64,000 bases of DNA from Scyliorhinus canicula (lineage: Eukaryota). Under the pieces are notes generated by a model, which had not been told where the DNA came from, ran no database searches, and saw only the letters and a program-made list of their open reading frames with translations. Positions 44,235 through 56,936 of the stretch are shown here, in pieces (the first letter of the stretch is position 1; each line of letters starts with the position of its first letter). Made by a program: the position numbers and the translations under genes. The stretch is from assembly GCF_902713615.1 (NCBI RefSeq), contig NC_052158.1:32343990-32407989 (forward strand), written 5' to 3'.

Positions 44235-44941
44235 GCTGGGTGTGAAAGACCCATGCGGTTCTCCCATGCCGTACCGTATGGAAGAATCGCCGTTTGCGCC
44301 ATGTTTTCCTGTTTTCCCCGCGACGCCGGCATGCAATTCTCCGAGGAGCGGAGAATCGGCGCCATTTGCGCCAGCGTGTTTGGCGCGGCGCCGGTCGCGG
44401 GCCGCTGTCTGCTGCCGGGCTGCCGATTCTCCGGCCTTGATGGGCCGAGCGGCCGCGCGGAAACGGCAAAGTCCCGCCGACGCCGTTCACACCTGCTCGC
44501 AGCCAGCAGGAACTCTTCACGTAAGGTCAGTTGGCGGCCTGTGGGGGAGGGAGGGGGGCTCCTTCACTGGGAGGGGGTGGGGGGGGCTTCCGATGAGGTC
44601 TGGCCCGCAATCGGGGCCCACCGATCAGCGGGCCGGCCTCTCCAGCCCCAGCCCTATTTTATTACGCGGCCGGCCCCTGAACCCCCACACCATGTTGCGA
44701 TGGGGCTGGCGCGCTGAGAAAGTCCCCCGCGCATTCGCGGGTTGGTGCGGCGCCACTGCGCATGCACGGGTAGGCACGGCGCCCAGTTGGAGCCGGGAAG
44801 GGAGACTGGAGTGGCGTGAACCACTCCAGCGACGTGCTGGACCATTATGGGGGCCAGAATCAGTAGTGCCTGTGCCTGTTTTGCGCCGTCGTGAAATGCG
44901 ACGGCGTTCACAACGGCGCAAACACTCGGAGAATCCCGCCC
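44235..44941. mobile_element. GC-rich MITE of the same family
   Basis: CpG-rich island ending GGAGAATCCCGCCC; left TIR degraded. Confidence 0.6.
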
Positions 44942-45134
44942 CTGGTATTTTTCTGAGGATTATTAGTTAATTTGGCTATTGGTTAATGTTGTGAATTTGG
45001 GGCTGGAATTGACTGCACACTAACCCAGGGGGACGTAACAACTGTCGGGTCAAAAATTGTTCCCTTCAAAAAGCTTGAGGAATAATCTGTGCTCCACATC
45101 AGTGATTGTATTTTGCATGATACAGTCCACTCAG

Positions 45135-45535
45135 TGAGCTGTGTGCTGTTCTGATACCGTCCCTCTCAGTCTGTGAGCTGTGTTCCGGACTGATACTGTC
45201 CCTCTCAGTCTGTGAGCTGTGTGCTGTTCTGATACCGTCCCTCTCAGTCTGTGAGCTGTGTCCTGGACTGATACTGTCCCTCTCAGTCTGAGCTGTGTGC
45301 TGTTCTGATACCGTCCCTCTCAGTCTGTGAGCTGTGTCCTGTACTGATACTGTCCCTCTCAGTCGGTGCTGTGTGCTGTACTGATACTGTCCCTCTCAGC
45401 CTGTGAGCTGTGCCCTGTACTGATACTGTCCCTCTCAGTCGGAGCTGTGTGCTGTACTGATACTGTCCCTCTCAGTCTGTGAGCTGTGTCCTGTACTGAT
45501 GTTGTTGCTCTCAGACTGTGAGATTTGTCTATCCT
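45135..45535. repeat. ~39-bp minisatellite (ctgatactgtccctctcagtctgtgagctgtgt...)
   Basis: About 10 tandem copies; a related single unit lies near 43655-43700. Confidence 0.9.
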
Positions 45536-46816
45536 GACCATGTCTCTTAGTATTTAAAATGTGGCCTTTACTGATATTAAACCCTGTTCCTGTTAGATCT
45601 ATTAAATAGATTCACATTGTTTGAACACAAAGTACCATTGAATCAATCAGAATAAAAAGAGGATTCAGGCTGATGAGCCGCATTTGAGCAAGATGCTGTC
45701 TTTGAAATAAATAAATTTGATAAGGCATTGGTAAATCAACAGATAAAATCCAGGCTTAGGATGAGAAATGACAAGTTACATTCACACCACATAAGTGCCA
45801 GGCAATGATCATCTTCAACAAAAGGGAATGTATGGGAGCCTCCCCAGGCCACCCCCCTTGTACCCTCTGACTCCAGCCGACCCATAAACAGCATGGGAAT
45901 GCTCCAGCACAACCAGAGCAATCATTTTGGCTGGGATGAGAGTGTGAGGGGCATGGAGTGTTTACATGCAGCTCTTGTTTGTCAGGCTCTCCCGTGCCGA
46001 TCCCGATCCCGTCGTGTCATAAGCCACATGCATTGATATTGCACGAGTTCCATGTGGGCCCCGGGCTAGCCCATTACCGTGTGTGGAACTCCTCTGGGAC
46101 CGCTGCCACTTTCGGGCTGTAGAACACTCACGGTTCAGCCCCCGCGTCAGCACTTAGTCTATCAAATGGAGAATTACTCCCAGGATTTCTCGTCCAGATA
46201 CAAATTCACACCTCAAAGAGTGGAGTCATTTTTATGCTTTAATAGTGTAAATTAGATTTCAGGAGCTCAATTTAAGGTGATTATTCATGGATTATTCTTA
46301 TGTTAAAATCTCTACACAAAAGCTAAACTCCTTGGGGAACAACTGGAATCTTCTCATCTGTTTTGCTCCAAGGGTTTATTCAGAAGTAACCGGTTTGAAT
46401 TGTTGTGTGCACAAGATTTGAAGAAATATCTTTGTTCTACTGAAACTGCAATTTCTCTGAGAACGTTTTTCCCCGTTTTGAAACAGAGCAGACAGTTCAT
46501 TCCATCACCAAATGACTTTAAGTTTGGAATTAACCCATTCAATTCCCAGCAGGATGAACCTTTTGTCTTCATTTTTAAAATAAATTACACAGTGACGATG
46601 GTATCCAGTACTGCAAAGTGTAACAACATTTCCAGCCGCTTCCTGCAGACCCTCTCTGGATTCTTCCGCCCCGCCCACCACAGGCAGGACGCAGACCACG
46701 AAAAGGTTCATTGACGTTGGGAGTGAATTTCCCATCGGCAGGTGGGTACGGCCGGAGAATTCCGCCCTTGTGACACAGCGCGGTGACAATTTGATCCAAA
46801 GACTCTGCTGTTTAAG

Positions 46817-47160
46817 GCAGCAGGGTAGCATTGTGGATAGCACAATCGGTTCACAGCTCCAGGGTCCCAGGTTCGAACCCGGCTTGGGTCACTGTCTGTG
46901 CGGAGTTTGCACATTCTCCCCGTGTGTGCGTGGGTTTCCCTCCGGGTGCTCCGGTTTCCTCCCACAGTCCAAAGATGTGCAGGTTAGGTGGATTGACCAT
47001 GCTAAATTGCCCTTAGTGTCCAAAATTGCCCTTTGTGTTGAGTGGGGCTACTGGGTTATGGGGATAGGGAGGAGGTGTTGACATTGGGTCGGATGCTCTT
47101 TCCAAGAGCCGGTGCAGACTCGATGGGCCGAATGGCCTCCTTCTGCACTGTAAATTCTAT
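46817..47160 (+). mobile_element. HE1-type SINE
   Basis: Head, core and tail intact. Confidence 0.9.
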
Positions 47161-49871
47161 GTATGTTTCAAAGAGTTTTGTTATTTCCTGAGCCATATAC
47201 TTGGGAATGGAAGATCTGAGATAAACACACTAACTAATTAATGACAATCATTTCAAAGCCATCAAGAAAGGGCAAAAGACATTGGAATTAATGAATTGAA
47301 TATACATGAATTAATATTCTAACCAGCTAAAGGAGAACTTTCCTGGGTTATAAAATACACTTCAGCTCATTTCTGTGAATATTAAGAAATAAACTCTACG
47401 TGGAGTTCTCTGAATTTGAGACGATTTGGAAATTATCATTTAGTCTTCTGCTTAAGTAATGAGATGTCAGCTGAGATAAAGAGCAATTAATCAAATTGAA
47501 TGTTTATCTTATTTTGTTAAATAAGAAAATATTGTATTGGACTGTAAAGATTCTCCAGGGCTCATGAACGAGATGTGCGATCAATTGCAGTCCCACTTGA
47601 CCCAGAGTTGCAACACAATTGGATTAAACAATAATTCTTCAAAAAGTACCCAAAGTCTTTGGCCCTTGGTTGCCCAGTAATTACAGTTACTAGGTTTGTA
47701 TATTTTAAACACAATTACCATTTATTTACAAAGAAGTACAATGAAATATGCAGCAAATACAACTGGTTAACTATTATCTAATCCCTAATTCCCCACTTTA
47801 ACTGACCCCACCTTCTACATATACACACACAAGAGAGGCTCACACAGAGGAGAAGAGAGTGGTGAAAATAATAAGAATGAAAGTAAAAAAAAAAGAGTCT
47901 TTGTTTCAGATGGCTGTTTCTTGCACTGCTCTTCTCTTCAACATTTGCATTCAGTTCGAGGTTTTCACTGTAGAGTGATTCAGGCCTCTGCAGATTGAGA
48001 AAAAGAGCAGCGCACCTGGAGAGAACATGAGGGAGCGAGAGAGAACAGGTCGTTTCCTTTTAGCATCCAGGGTTCAAACACTGCTTTCCTCAGGTCCCTG
48101 GAAATGATCCCACTCAGGCAGGATCAAATCACCACCTGTTACCGGGCAGAATACGGGCTTTTGGCCAATTCATTGGCCACCAGCCAATCAATCGAACTGA
48201 GTTCCACGCCATCTCTCAGGTGCCACAATGTCTGAGTTTTGCTGTCCACAGCAAGCAAGTAACTTTGAATTCTTCATTTCCCTTGCTTGATTAAAGATAT
48301 ATATCCATTAAGTATCCATTGATCAACATGATGACAACAAAAATAAAGAAATGGAAAACTAGGTAAACAACATGAATGACCCTTACAGATAGAATGGAAT
48401 CTAATGAGATGTTTAACATTGTCTGGGAGCGTGGAGAGTGGGGGTCAGACGATGTGAGCACGGGAACCCTGCATTTTCAGAAGCACATGCTCTGCTCAAC
48501 GTTTAATCCTTTATTTTATCCCTGTGCGCATTATATAATTGAGTATAATGACAATTATATAATGGGGGGGGGGGTAACATGTCTCTTGCACTGAGTCCCT
48601 TGTTGATCCGCACTGGAATTTTGCAATGAGCCAAATTAAATCATAGAGAATCCTTGTTTGGTCATGGCAGTTGGCTGGGGTGGGACCCATTTCGCAGTGG
48701 CATTGTTGCTTGTGTGCGGGTCTTCGCCCTGGCATTGCTGTGGACACCAGGATGTTGACAGTCATTGAGAATGTTGTTCTGGATGAGGATCGTGGCTCCG
48801 CGGTGCAGGCCTTTGGATCTCACTTTGAGGAATTGTGAGGGATCCATGAGAGAATGGTGGAGGCACAGGAGAGAATCCTGGTATTTACAGAGCACTTTCC
48901 CTGGTGAGGGTCCACTTTTTATTCGTTGTGGTCCTACTGCACGGTGTGTCGTCGAGCCTGATAGGTTCGAGAGGTGGTGGCTGAACAAAGAGTGTCTGTG
49001 AGTCCGGTCCTTGCGAGAAGTGAGGGCCGCAGCTGAAAAGAGAACTGGGATGTTCCTCCACAAAACTACAGAACACTGGAATGGCAAATCTGACTACTCG
49101 CCTGCTGAAGTCAACGCGACTGGAACCTTCAGTGGCAATGGCCGGACCGCTTAATCATCACCTCCTCACATAGAACATAATAGCGCAGTACAGGCCCTTC
49201 GGCCCTCGATGTTGCGCCGACCTATGAAACCAATCTAAAGCCCATCTACACTATTCCATTATCATCCAAATGCTTATCCAATGACCATTTAAATGCCCTT
49301 GAAGTTGGTGAGTCCACTACTGTTGCAGGCAGAGAATTCCACACCTTACTACTCTCTGAGTAAAGAATCTGTCCTGTACCTATCTCCCCTCAATTTAAAG
49401 CTATGTCCCCTCGTGCTATCCATCACCATCCGAGTAAAAAGGCTCTCACTGTCCACCCTATGTAATCCTCTGATCATCTTGCATGCCTCTATTAAGTCAC
49501 CTTCTTCTCTCTAACAAAAACAGCCTCAAGTCCCTCAGCCTTTCCTCATAAGATCTTCCCTCCATGCCAGGCAACATCAAGGCGAATCTCCTCTGCACCC
49601 TTTCCAATGCTTCCACATCCTTCCGATAATGCGGCGACCAGAACTGCACGCAATATTCCAAATGTGGCTGCACCAGAGTTTCGTACTGCTGCAACATGAC
49701 CTCATGGTTCCAAAACTCAATCCCTCTACCAATAAAAGCTAACACACCGTACGCCTTCTGAACAACACTGTCAACCTGGGTGGCAACTTTCAGGAATCTA
49801 TGCACATGGACACAGAGATCTCTCTGCTCATCCACACTACCAAGAATCTTACCATTAGCCCAGTACTCTGT

Positions 49872-52360
49872 TTACCTGAGGTGGTCACAGAGGACCAGAC
49901 GGGCTTCGTCAAAGGTAGACAGCTTACCGCGAACATCAGGTGCCTGCTGAACGTGATAATGACCCCCTCCGGGGAGAGAACACAAGAGGTGATCGTCTCC
50001 CTGGACGCAGAAAAGGCCATCGACAGAGTCGAATGGAAATACCTCATAGAGGTACTGGAGCGGTTCGGGCTTGGAACAGGGTTCACCGCTTGGGTAAAGC
50101 TCCTATACAACGCTCCCATGGCGAGTGTACGGACCAACAATACCAACTCCCAATACTTCCAGCTGCACAGGGGCACCAGACAAGGATGCCCACTGTCCCC
50201 GCTGCTGTTCGCACTAGCAATCGAACCGCTAGCAATCGCGCTCAGGGCAGCAAAACATTGGAGGGGGATCCGAAGGGGAGGTAGAGAGCACAGAGTCTCA
50301 CTCTATGCGGATGATCTGCTCCTCTATATCTCGGACCCACAAAGCAGCATGGACGGAATCATAGCGCTCCTGAAAGAGTTTGGAGCCTTCTCGGGCTACA
50401 AACTCAACATGAGCAAAAGTGAGATCTTCCCAGTACACCCGCAAGGGGGGGGGGGGGGGGGGCAGCACTATAGGGGCTGCCGTTCAAACAAGCCCGAAAT
50501 AAATTCCGCTACCTGGGGATCCAAATAGCCCATGACTGGAAAGGGATCCACAAATGGAACCTCACCAGCCTGACGGAGGAAGTTAAAAAGGACCTGCAAA
50601 GATGGAACACACTCCCACTCTCCCTCGCGGGGAGAGTCCAGACGATCAAAATGAACGTACTGCCCAGGTTCCTTTTCCTGTTTAGATCCATTCCGATCTA
50701 CATCCCCAAGGCCTTTTTCAAAGCGCTGGACAAACATATCATGGCGTTCGTATGGGGGGGTAAAAATGCTAGGATCCCAAAGAAGGTCATACAAAAAACA
50801 AAATCCGGGGGGGGCTAGCCCTCCCGAATCTACAATTCTACCACTGGGCGGCAACAGCCGAGCGAGTAAGGGGATGGATCCAGGAGCCAGAAGCCGAGTG
50901 GGTGCGTGCGGAGGAGGCCTCCTGCATGGGAACCTCCCTCCGGGCCCTCGCCACGGCAGCACTCCCATCCCCACCCAAAAAACACTCCACCAGCCCAGTG
51001 GTGACAGCCACCCTCCAATCCTGGAACCAACTGCGGCAGCAATTTGGCCTGTACAAAATGTTGGACAAGGCTCCCATCTGCAACAACCATAGGTTCAAAC
51101 CAGCACTGACCGACGCCACCTTCAAAAGGTGGAGGCAGGACGGGGGGACACTGACAGTCAGGGACCTATACACGGACGACAGGATCGCAACACTGGACGA
51201 ACTGACAGAGAAATTTCAGCTAGCTGGGGGGAACGAGCTACGGTACCTGCAGCTCAAAAACTTCCTACGAAAGGAGACAAGGACGTACCCACAACCGCCA
51301 CGACAGACACTATTGGAAGACCTACTGGACGCAAGTATCCTAGAGAAAGGGAACTGTAGTGACATGTATGACCGACTGGTAGATAGGGACGACACCGTAC
51401 TGGACGCAACAAGAAGGAAATGGGAGGACGACCTGGGGATGGAGATAGGGTGGGGACTCTGGAGCGAAGCACTGCATAGGGTCAACTCCACCTCCACGTG
51501 CGCAAGGCTCAGCCTAACGCAACTAAAAGTGGTACATAGAGCCCACTTAACGAGAAACCGTATGAGTAGGTTCTTCCCGGAGGTGGAGGACAAATGTGAG
51601 CGGTGCCAGAGAGGCCCGGCCAACCACGCCCACATGTTCTGGTCTTGCCCCAGACTTGTGGAGTACTGGACAGCCTTCTTCGAGGCTATGTCCAAAGTGG
51701 TGGGGGTGAGGGTGGAGACATGCCCGATAGTGGCGGTCTTCGGGGTTTCAGACCAGCCAGATCTATTCCTGGGGAGGAGGGCGGACGCCCTTGCCTTTGC
51801 CTCCCTGATTGCCCGCCGTAGAATCCTGTTTGGCTGGTGGTCAGCAGCACCACCCAGAGCTGCAGACTGGCTGTCCGACCTCTCGGAATCTCTCCAAATG
51901 GAGAAAATCAAATTCGCCATCCGAGGGTCGGACGACGGCTTCCACAGAACGTGGGAGCCATTCATGCAACTGTTCCGGGACCTGTTTGTGGCCAACGTAC
52001 ATGAGGAAGAATAGTCGGGTGGCCAAGAACCAGGGGAAAATGGACGGGAATCGGGGGAAGGTAGCCGGGGGGAGGGGGGGGGGGGGATACGGGCTCGGTA
52101 TGGGAGTTTGATGGCAAGCCAAGGCCCAAAACCAAACTATAAATAAATGCCTATAAACATGTGCCTCGGCCATATTGGGGAATGTAAAATATGTATACTG
52201 GCTAAAGGGGGCGGCCACAATTATTGTTATGAAGATGCTTACCTGTAAATATTCATGTTAAAGTTTTGTGTTTTCCTTTTTTTTTTTCTCTCTCTCTAAT
52301 AACTTGTAATTTGTCATATATAAAATATGAAAACTCAATAAAAAAAACATTTATAAAAAA
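49872..52360 (+). mobile_element. 5'-truncated L1-clade LINE (ORF2 RT plus C-terminal CCHC), poly-A tailed
   Basis: QTGFVKGR, SLDAEKA, GTRQGCPLSPLLF, LYADD and CERC..H..WSC motifs; AATAAA and A-tail; perfect 15-bp TSD AGCCCAGTACTCTGT (49857-49871 and 52361-52375); frameshifts at G-runs. Confidence 0.93.
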
Positions 52361-52460
52361 AGCCCAGTACTCTGTATTCCTGTTATTCCTTCCAAAATGA
52401 ATCACCTCACACTTTTCTGCATTAAGCTCCAGTTGCCACCTCTCAGCCCAGCTCTGCAGC

Positions 52461-53027
52461 TTAGGAGCTGTTTGTAGGGAAGTCTGTAAACTACTAAACA
52501 TTAACTGGAATTTACACTGTCCTTATCATCCACAATCATCAGGACAAGTGGAACGTATGAATCGAACTTTGAAAGAAAGACTGTCTAAATACAGCCAGGA
52601 AGGCATGAATTGGGTCCAAGCTTTGCCAATAGTATTATGCAGCATTAGAGCAACACCAAATAGAACAACAGGCCTGAGCCCTTTTGAAATCATCACAGGC
52701 AGACCAATGTCTCTGCCAGGAACTATTGACTTGAGGAAAGCAGACTGTCATTTAATGAGTGATGCTTTGCTGTCTTACTGTCAAAATCTAACAAATGCTG
52801 TTAGCTCTGCTTCTCAACAGGTGTTAGCTGCGTGGGGTGATCCTCCGGAGGGTGGACACGACCTGGTGCCCGGTGAAGAAGTGTACGTCAAAAAGCTGCA
52901 AAAGGAACCTTTGGGATCAAAGTGGGAAGGTCCTTTCGTAATCCTTCTTACCACCCAATCCGCTGTTAAGTTAAAAGGAAAGAAAAGTTGGATTCACGCA
53001 TCGCACGTGAAGCGCGCGTACAAGTAA
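52461..53027 (+). pseudogene. pol: Retroviral pol fragment, integrase core end and C-terminal domain
   Basis: Open frame LGAVCREVCKLLNINWNLHCPYHPQSSGQVERMNRTLK...WEGPFVILLTT...WIHASHVK; the N-terminal part is absent. Confidence 0.9.
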
Positions 53028-53028
53028 A

Positions 53029-54411
53029 ATGTTTGCCGCAATTTTAATTTTCAGTTATTTGATTGACTTTGTGAATGTTGTATCAGAAATGAATAAGAAC
53101 ACATTCCTTTACACATCTAAGATATATGCTGAAAACTTTAACATTTCTAATTGTTGGGTATGCATTGCAACCCCTACTAACTCAGGGGAGGGTATTCCCT
53201 TTCTAACTATTCCCTTTAATGCTTCAGAAACAGCAGAATGGTACATCTATCAAAGTGTCCCTCGCTCTGTGGTGACCCGTTCTGGAGCATATACATGTGA
53301 AAATGGGAGGTACCAGGTTGACATCCAAAAATCTATTAACTTATGGAAATCTGCAGGCTATCCACTAAACACCTTTTCAGGATGGCACCAACTTCAATTT
53401 AACCCTGACAACAAACCTCAACATCTTAACCTCCCAACTAATATTAAACAAAAAGGATCAATTTGCCTCATCAGTAAGGACCCTAAAGGGATACCAATGG
53501 GTAATAGTAATTGTACTAACTATGTAGATGTTAACACAGCTTTTAAATGTACTAACGACCGCTTAGAAAGAGTTATGCGGTCCTCAAGGATAACAGGCAT
53601 ACCTAACCTCAGAAATAATAAAACATTCGAAGACCAATGGCTCTTAGAATATATTTACTCATATTCTGCTTATAATGGAACTTATTTTATTTGTGATGAT
53701 AAAGCATATCCCTGGCTCCCAAGATCCTGGTCAGGATCTTGCTATTTAGGATACATGGTACCTGCCATTCGTCATGTGACTAATCTCCTGCATATTTCAG
53801 AAATGACTGTTCAAAGAAAAAAACGTTCTATCACCTTTAGAGATGCAATTTTTGCTAGATTCATTCCTTCCTATTGGGAAGTAAGGATGGAGAATGAGTT
53901 AAATAAAATAACAACCATCATACAAGATGTGGCAGAATACACTGCCACGGCCTTAGACAAAATCTCTGACGAAATGCGAACAATTCGAACCGTGGTATTG
54001 CAAAATCGAATGGCACTTGACTATGTGCTAGCCAAAACCGGTGGCACGTGCGCCCTGATTGGTGCAGAATGTTGCACTTTCATTCCTGATAACTCTGAAG
54101 AAGTTAAAGATTTGGTATTACATATCCAAAAAGAAATCAAAAAACTTGATCCATCCCAAGTTCTCTCTCTCTGGGATAGAATTTGCGGGTGGTTTGGATA
54201 CACAGGAATGTCCATAATGAGAATAATCCTATTCTCCTGTGCAGCTGGATTCATCATTTATATGACATACCAGTGTGCTACGTGCATCAAAGAACTATTC
54301 GCTAAGCGCAGGGGGCCAACTGTCAGAATGATTCACACTAACCCTACTGCACCCCCAATTGCCGTAATATCAATCAATTATTTGTATAATCTATTAATAC
54401 TGAATCTGTAG
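53029..54411 (+). CDS. env: Intact gamma-type retroviral envelope ORF, 460 aa
   Basis: N-terminal signal peptide, SU CWVC (CXXC), furin site RKKR|S, immunosuppressive domain LQNRMALDYVLA, CX6CC (CALIGAECC), membrane anchor and cytoplasmic tail; no stops. Confidence 0.95.
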   Translation: MFAAILIFSYLIDFVNVVSEMNKNTFLYTSKIYAENFNISNCWVCIATPTNSGEGIPFLTIPFNASETAEWYIYQSVPRSVVTRSGAYTCENGRYQVDIQKSINLWKSAGYPLNTFSGWHQLQFNPDNKPQHLNLPTNIKQKGSICLISKDPKGIPMGNSNCTNYVDVNTAFKCTNDRLERVMRSSRITGIPNLRNNKTFEDQWLLEYIYSYSAYNGTYFICDDKAYPWLPRSWSGSCYLGYMVPAIRHVTNLLHISEMTVQRKKRSITFRDAIFARFIPSYWEVRMENELNKITTIIQDVAEYTATALDKISDEMRTIRTVVLQNRMALDYVLAKTGGTCALIGAECCTFIPDNSEEVKDLVLHIQKEIKKLDPSQVLSLWDRICGWFGYTGMSIMRIILFSCAAGFIIYMTYQCATCIKELFAKRRGPTVRMIHTNPTAPPIAVISINYLYNLLILNL

Positions 54412-54647
54412 CATCAAATTTGACTAATTCATTAATTGTTATTTTGTAATAATGATTCTTTAAGAATTTTAATGATTATTGTTGAAATACTTGTTGCAAT
54501 ACTAAGTTTCCATTCTATTGTTTAAATCTGCAATGACAATATGAATGAATTATTCTTTGCGCTTTTACCTATCCTATCGCTTTAATGATATCTTTTATCT
54601 TATTCTGATATATCTCACTTGATCTTTCGATTTATCAAAGGGGCGAC

Positions 54648-55760
54648 TGTAGAAGTCAGGTATTTTAAATACACTTAATATAGGTAAGAAGACTGTTTAA
54701 GACAGAAATATTAAATCCCAGTTTTAAAATGAAAGAAATATACAACTTCCAAACTCAGACATGTGTTTGGGAAAAACAGAACCACTGATAAAAACATCAC
54801 ATTTTTCCAAGGGCAAGGGCGGAATCCATAGCAACGAGGGATAAGGATGAAGGATTGTACGGTTCTCACGCCGCTCGAGATTAGGTTGAATCATATCCCA
54901 TAAATTATACAAGCTAAAAAAAATATCTTGAACTATATTGCCTTGTTTTTAATAAATGGACAGTTAAAACATCGACTCAAATATAATATATATGTATATA
55001 TTTGATTCCAACATTCTCAGTGAAACAATCTTATAAAAGACAGTTTGAGTTGTATGTTCTGAATTATGCCTAGCCTAGCATGATGAGATAACATGAGGTC
55101 TCCATGGTGGCAATAGGTAGGTCAGCATTAGACCAATTTTTGCTGGTTTTGATAAAGCACAATATCCCATGAGAAACATACCAATAAGCAACAATTAGAA
55201 GTGGCGTTACATTGTCATGATGGACGGCTTGTTATCAAATCAAATGTGTTTTGAATATAGTTTAAACCAATGAGGATTATAGTGAGGTGTGATCAGATCG
55301 CTTAAGACAGATATCAAATAGTATATCCATGGATGATTTGGCCACCATTTTTAGTGAGGAGAGGAGAGAAACGGGGGCAGTGAGAAGAGAAACGGGGCGG
55401 AGAAAAGACAGGTGGAGAAAGAAAGAGACAGGAAAGAGACAAAAGAGAGAGAGAAAGTAAAGGAAGAGAATTAGAAAAGAGTTCTGTATTCCTATTTCAT
55501 TTTCAGCCTTTGACTTTTAAAGTTGTGTTCAGGCTATTGTCTCAGAAGATAATTCCTGTGAATTTTTGAAGAAAATCAAATTGTCTACAAACTACCTTTT
55601 AAATCATTTCCAAGTTGTAACCAATGAACTTTGAATAAAACAATTCTTATTTGCACCTGACAAGTTTTTAACTTGAATTTCTACTGAGTTTCAGCAATGT
55701 CTCACCAACAACCGGCAACCGTAAATTAAATAAAACTGGATCAAATCCTAAGATACTTCA
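54648..55760 (+). repeat. ERV 3' LTR (~1.1 kb)
   Basis: Follows the PPT, starts TG, contains a polyadenylation signal. The CA end is inferred from where CR1 resumes. Confidence 0.7.
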
Positions 55761-56241
55761 GCGTCCCTCTGTAACCTGCAACATCCTTCCGCACTGTCCA
55801 CAACTCCACCGACTTTAGTGTCATCCACAAGTTTACTCACCCATCATTCTAAGCCCTCCTCCAGGTAATTTAGAAAAATGAAAAACAACAGTGGCCCCAA
55901 AACAGATCCTTGTGGTACACTACTAGTAACTGAACACCAGGCTGAACATTTCCCATCAACAACCACCATCTATCTTCTTACAGCTGGTCAATTTCTGATC
56001 CAAACCGCTAAATCACCCTCAATCCCATGCTTCCATATTTTCTGCAATAGCCTACCGTGGGGAACCTTATCAAACACTTTACTGAAATCCATATCCATCA
56101 CATCAACTGCATTACTGTCGTCCACCTGTTGGTCATCTTTGCAAAGAACTCAATAAGGTTTGTGAGGCACGACCTACCCTTCACAAAACCTTGTTGACTA
56201 TCCCTCATCAAATTATTCCTTTCTAGATGATTATAAATCCT

Positions 56242-56936
56242 GGGGGGATTCCTGAACCGCGAGTCGGGCCACTCCGGCGCCGAGGAGAGGTGTGAACCAC
56301 TCCGTCGTCAGGCCGCCCTGAAGGTGTGGAATCCTCTGCTTCTTCAGGGGCTAGGCCGGCTCCGGAGAGGTTTGTGCTGCGCCGGCCGGCGCGGAAGGGG
56401 CTTGGTGCCACGTCAACCGGTACCGAAGGGCCTCCGCCGGCCGGTGCAAGTTGGCGCATGTGCGGGAGCGCCAGCCTTTGCCGGCGTCAACCCAGTGCAT
56501 GCGCAGGGGGGTGGTTTATCTCCGCGGCAGCCATCGCGGACTATTACAGCTGCTGGCGCTGAGGAATTGAGTGCCCCATGGCACAGGCCCGCCCATGGAT
56601 TGCTTGGCCCCAATTGCAGGCCAGGCCATCATGGGGGCACCCCCCCCGGGGCCAGATCCCTCCGTGCCCACCCCCGAGGATCCCGGAAGCTGCCCTCAGA
56701 GCCAGGTCCCACCGGTAAGTACCTGTTGTAATTAACGCCGGCGGGATGGGCCGAAAATGGGTTGCTAGTCGGCCAATCGCTAGCCGGAGAATTGGCAACA
56801 GCTCTCGATTGGCGCAGCGCGATTCCCGCCCCCGCCAGATCCCCGGCGCCGGACAATTCGGCAGCCGGCGGGGGCGGGCTTTACGCCGACCCCGGCGATT
56901 GTCCAAGCCGGCGGGGGATCGTAGAATCCTGCCCCC
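56242..56936. mobile_element. GC-rich MITE inserted in CR1
   Basis: GGGGGGATTCC...GAATCCTGCCCC termini; CR1 RT is continuous on both sides. Confidence 0.7.

Larger units (their letters stand above)
52461..55760 (+). mobile_element. 5'-truncated endogenous retrovirus (integrase C-terminal part, env, PPT, 3' LTR)
   Basis: Begins mid-integrase in frame, env follows, PPT aaaggggcgac at 54637-54647. LTR starts TGT at 54648, has AATAAA at 55634 and probably ends ...CTTCA at 55760, where CR1 resumes. Confidence 0.88.

Noticed and set aside
44154-44970. Overlapping 187-258 aa ORFs in a CpG-rich patch
   Set aside because: GC-rich MITE sequence with few stops and no recognisable domain; the same applies to 56223-57154.
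47572-48372. Possible solo LTR; similar candidates at ~32867-33240, ~36530-37140 and ~43560-44200
   Set aside because: LTR-like composition, but I could not establish termini with a matching TSD.
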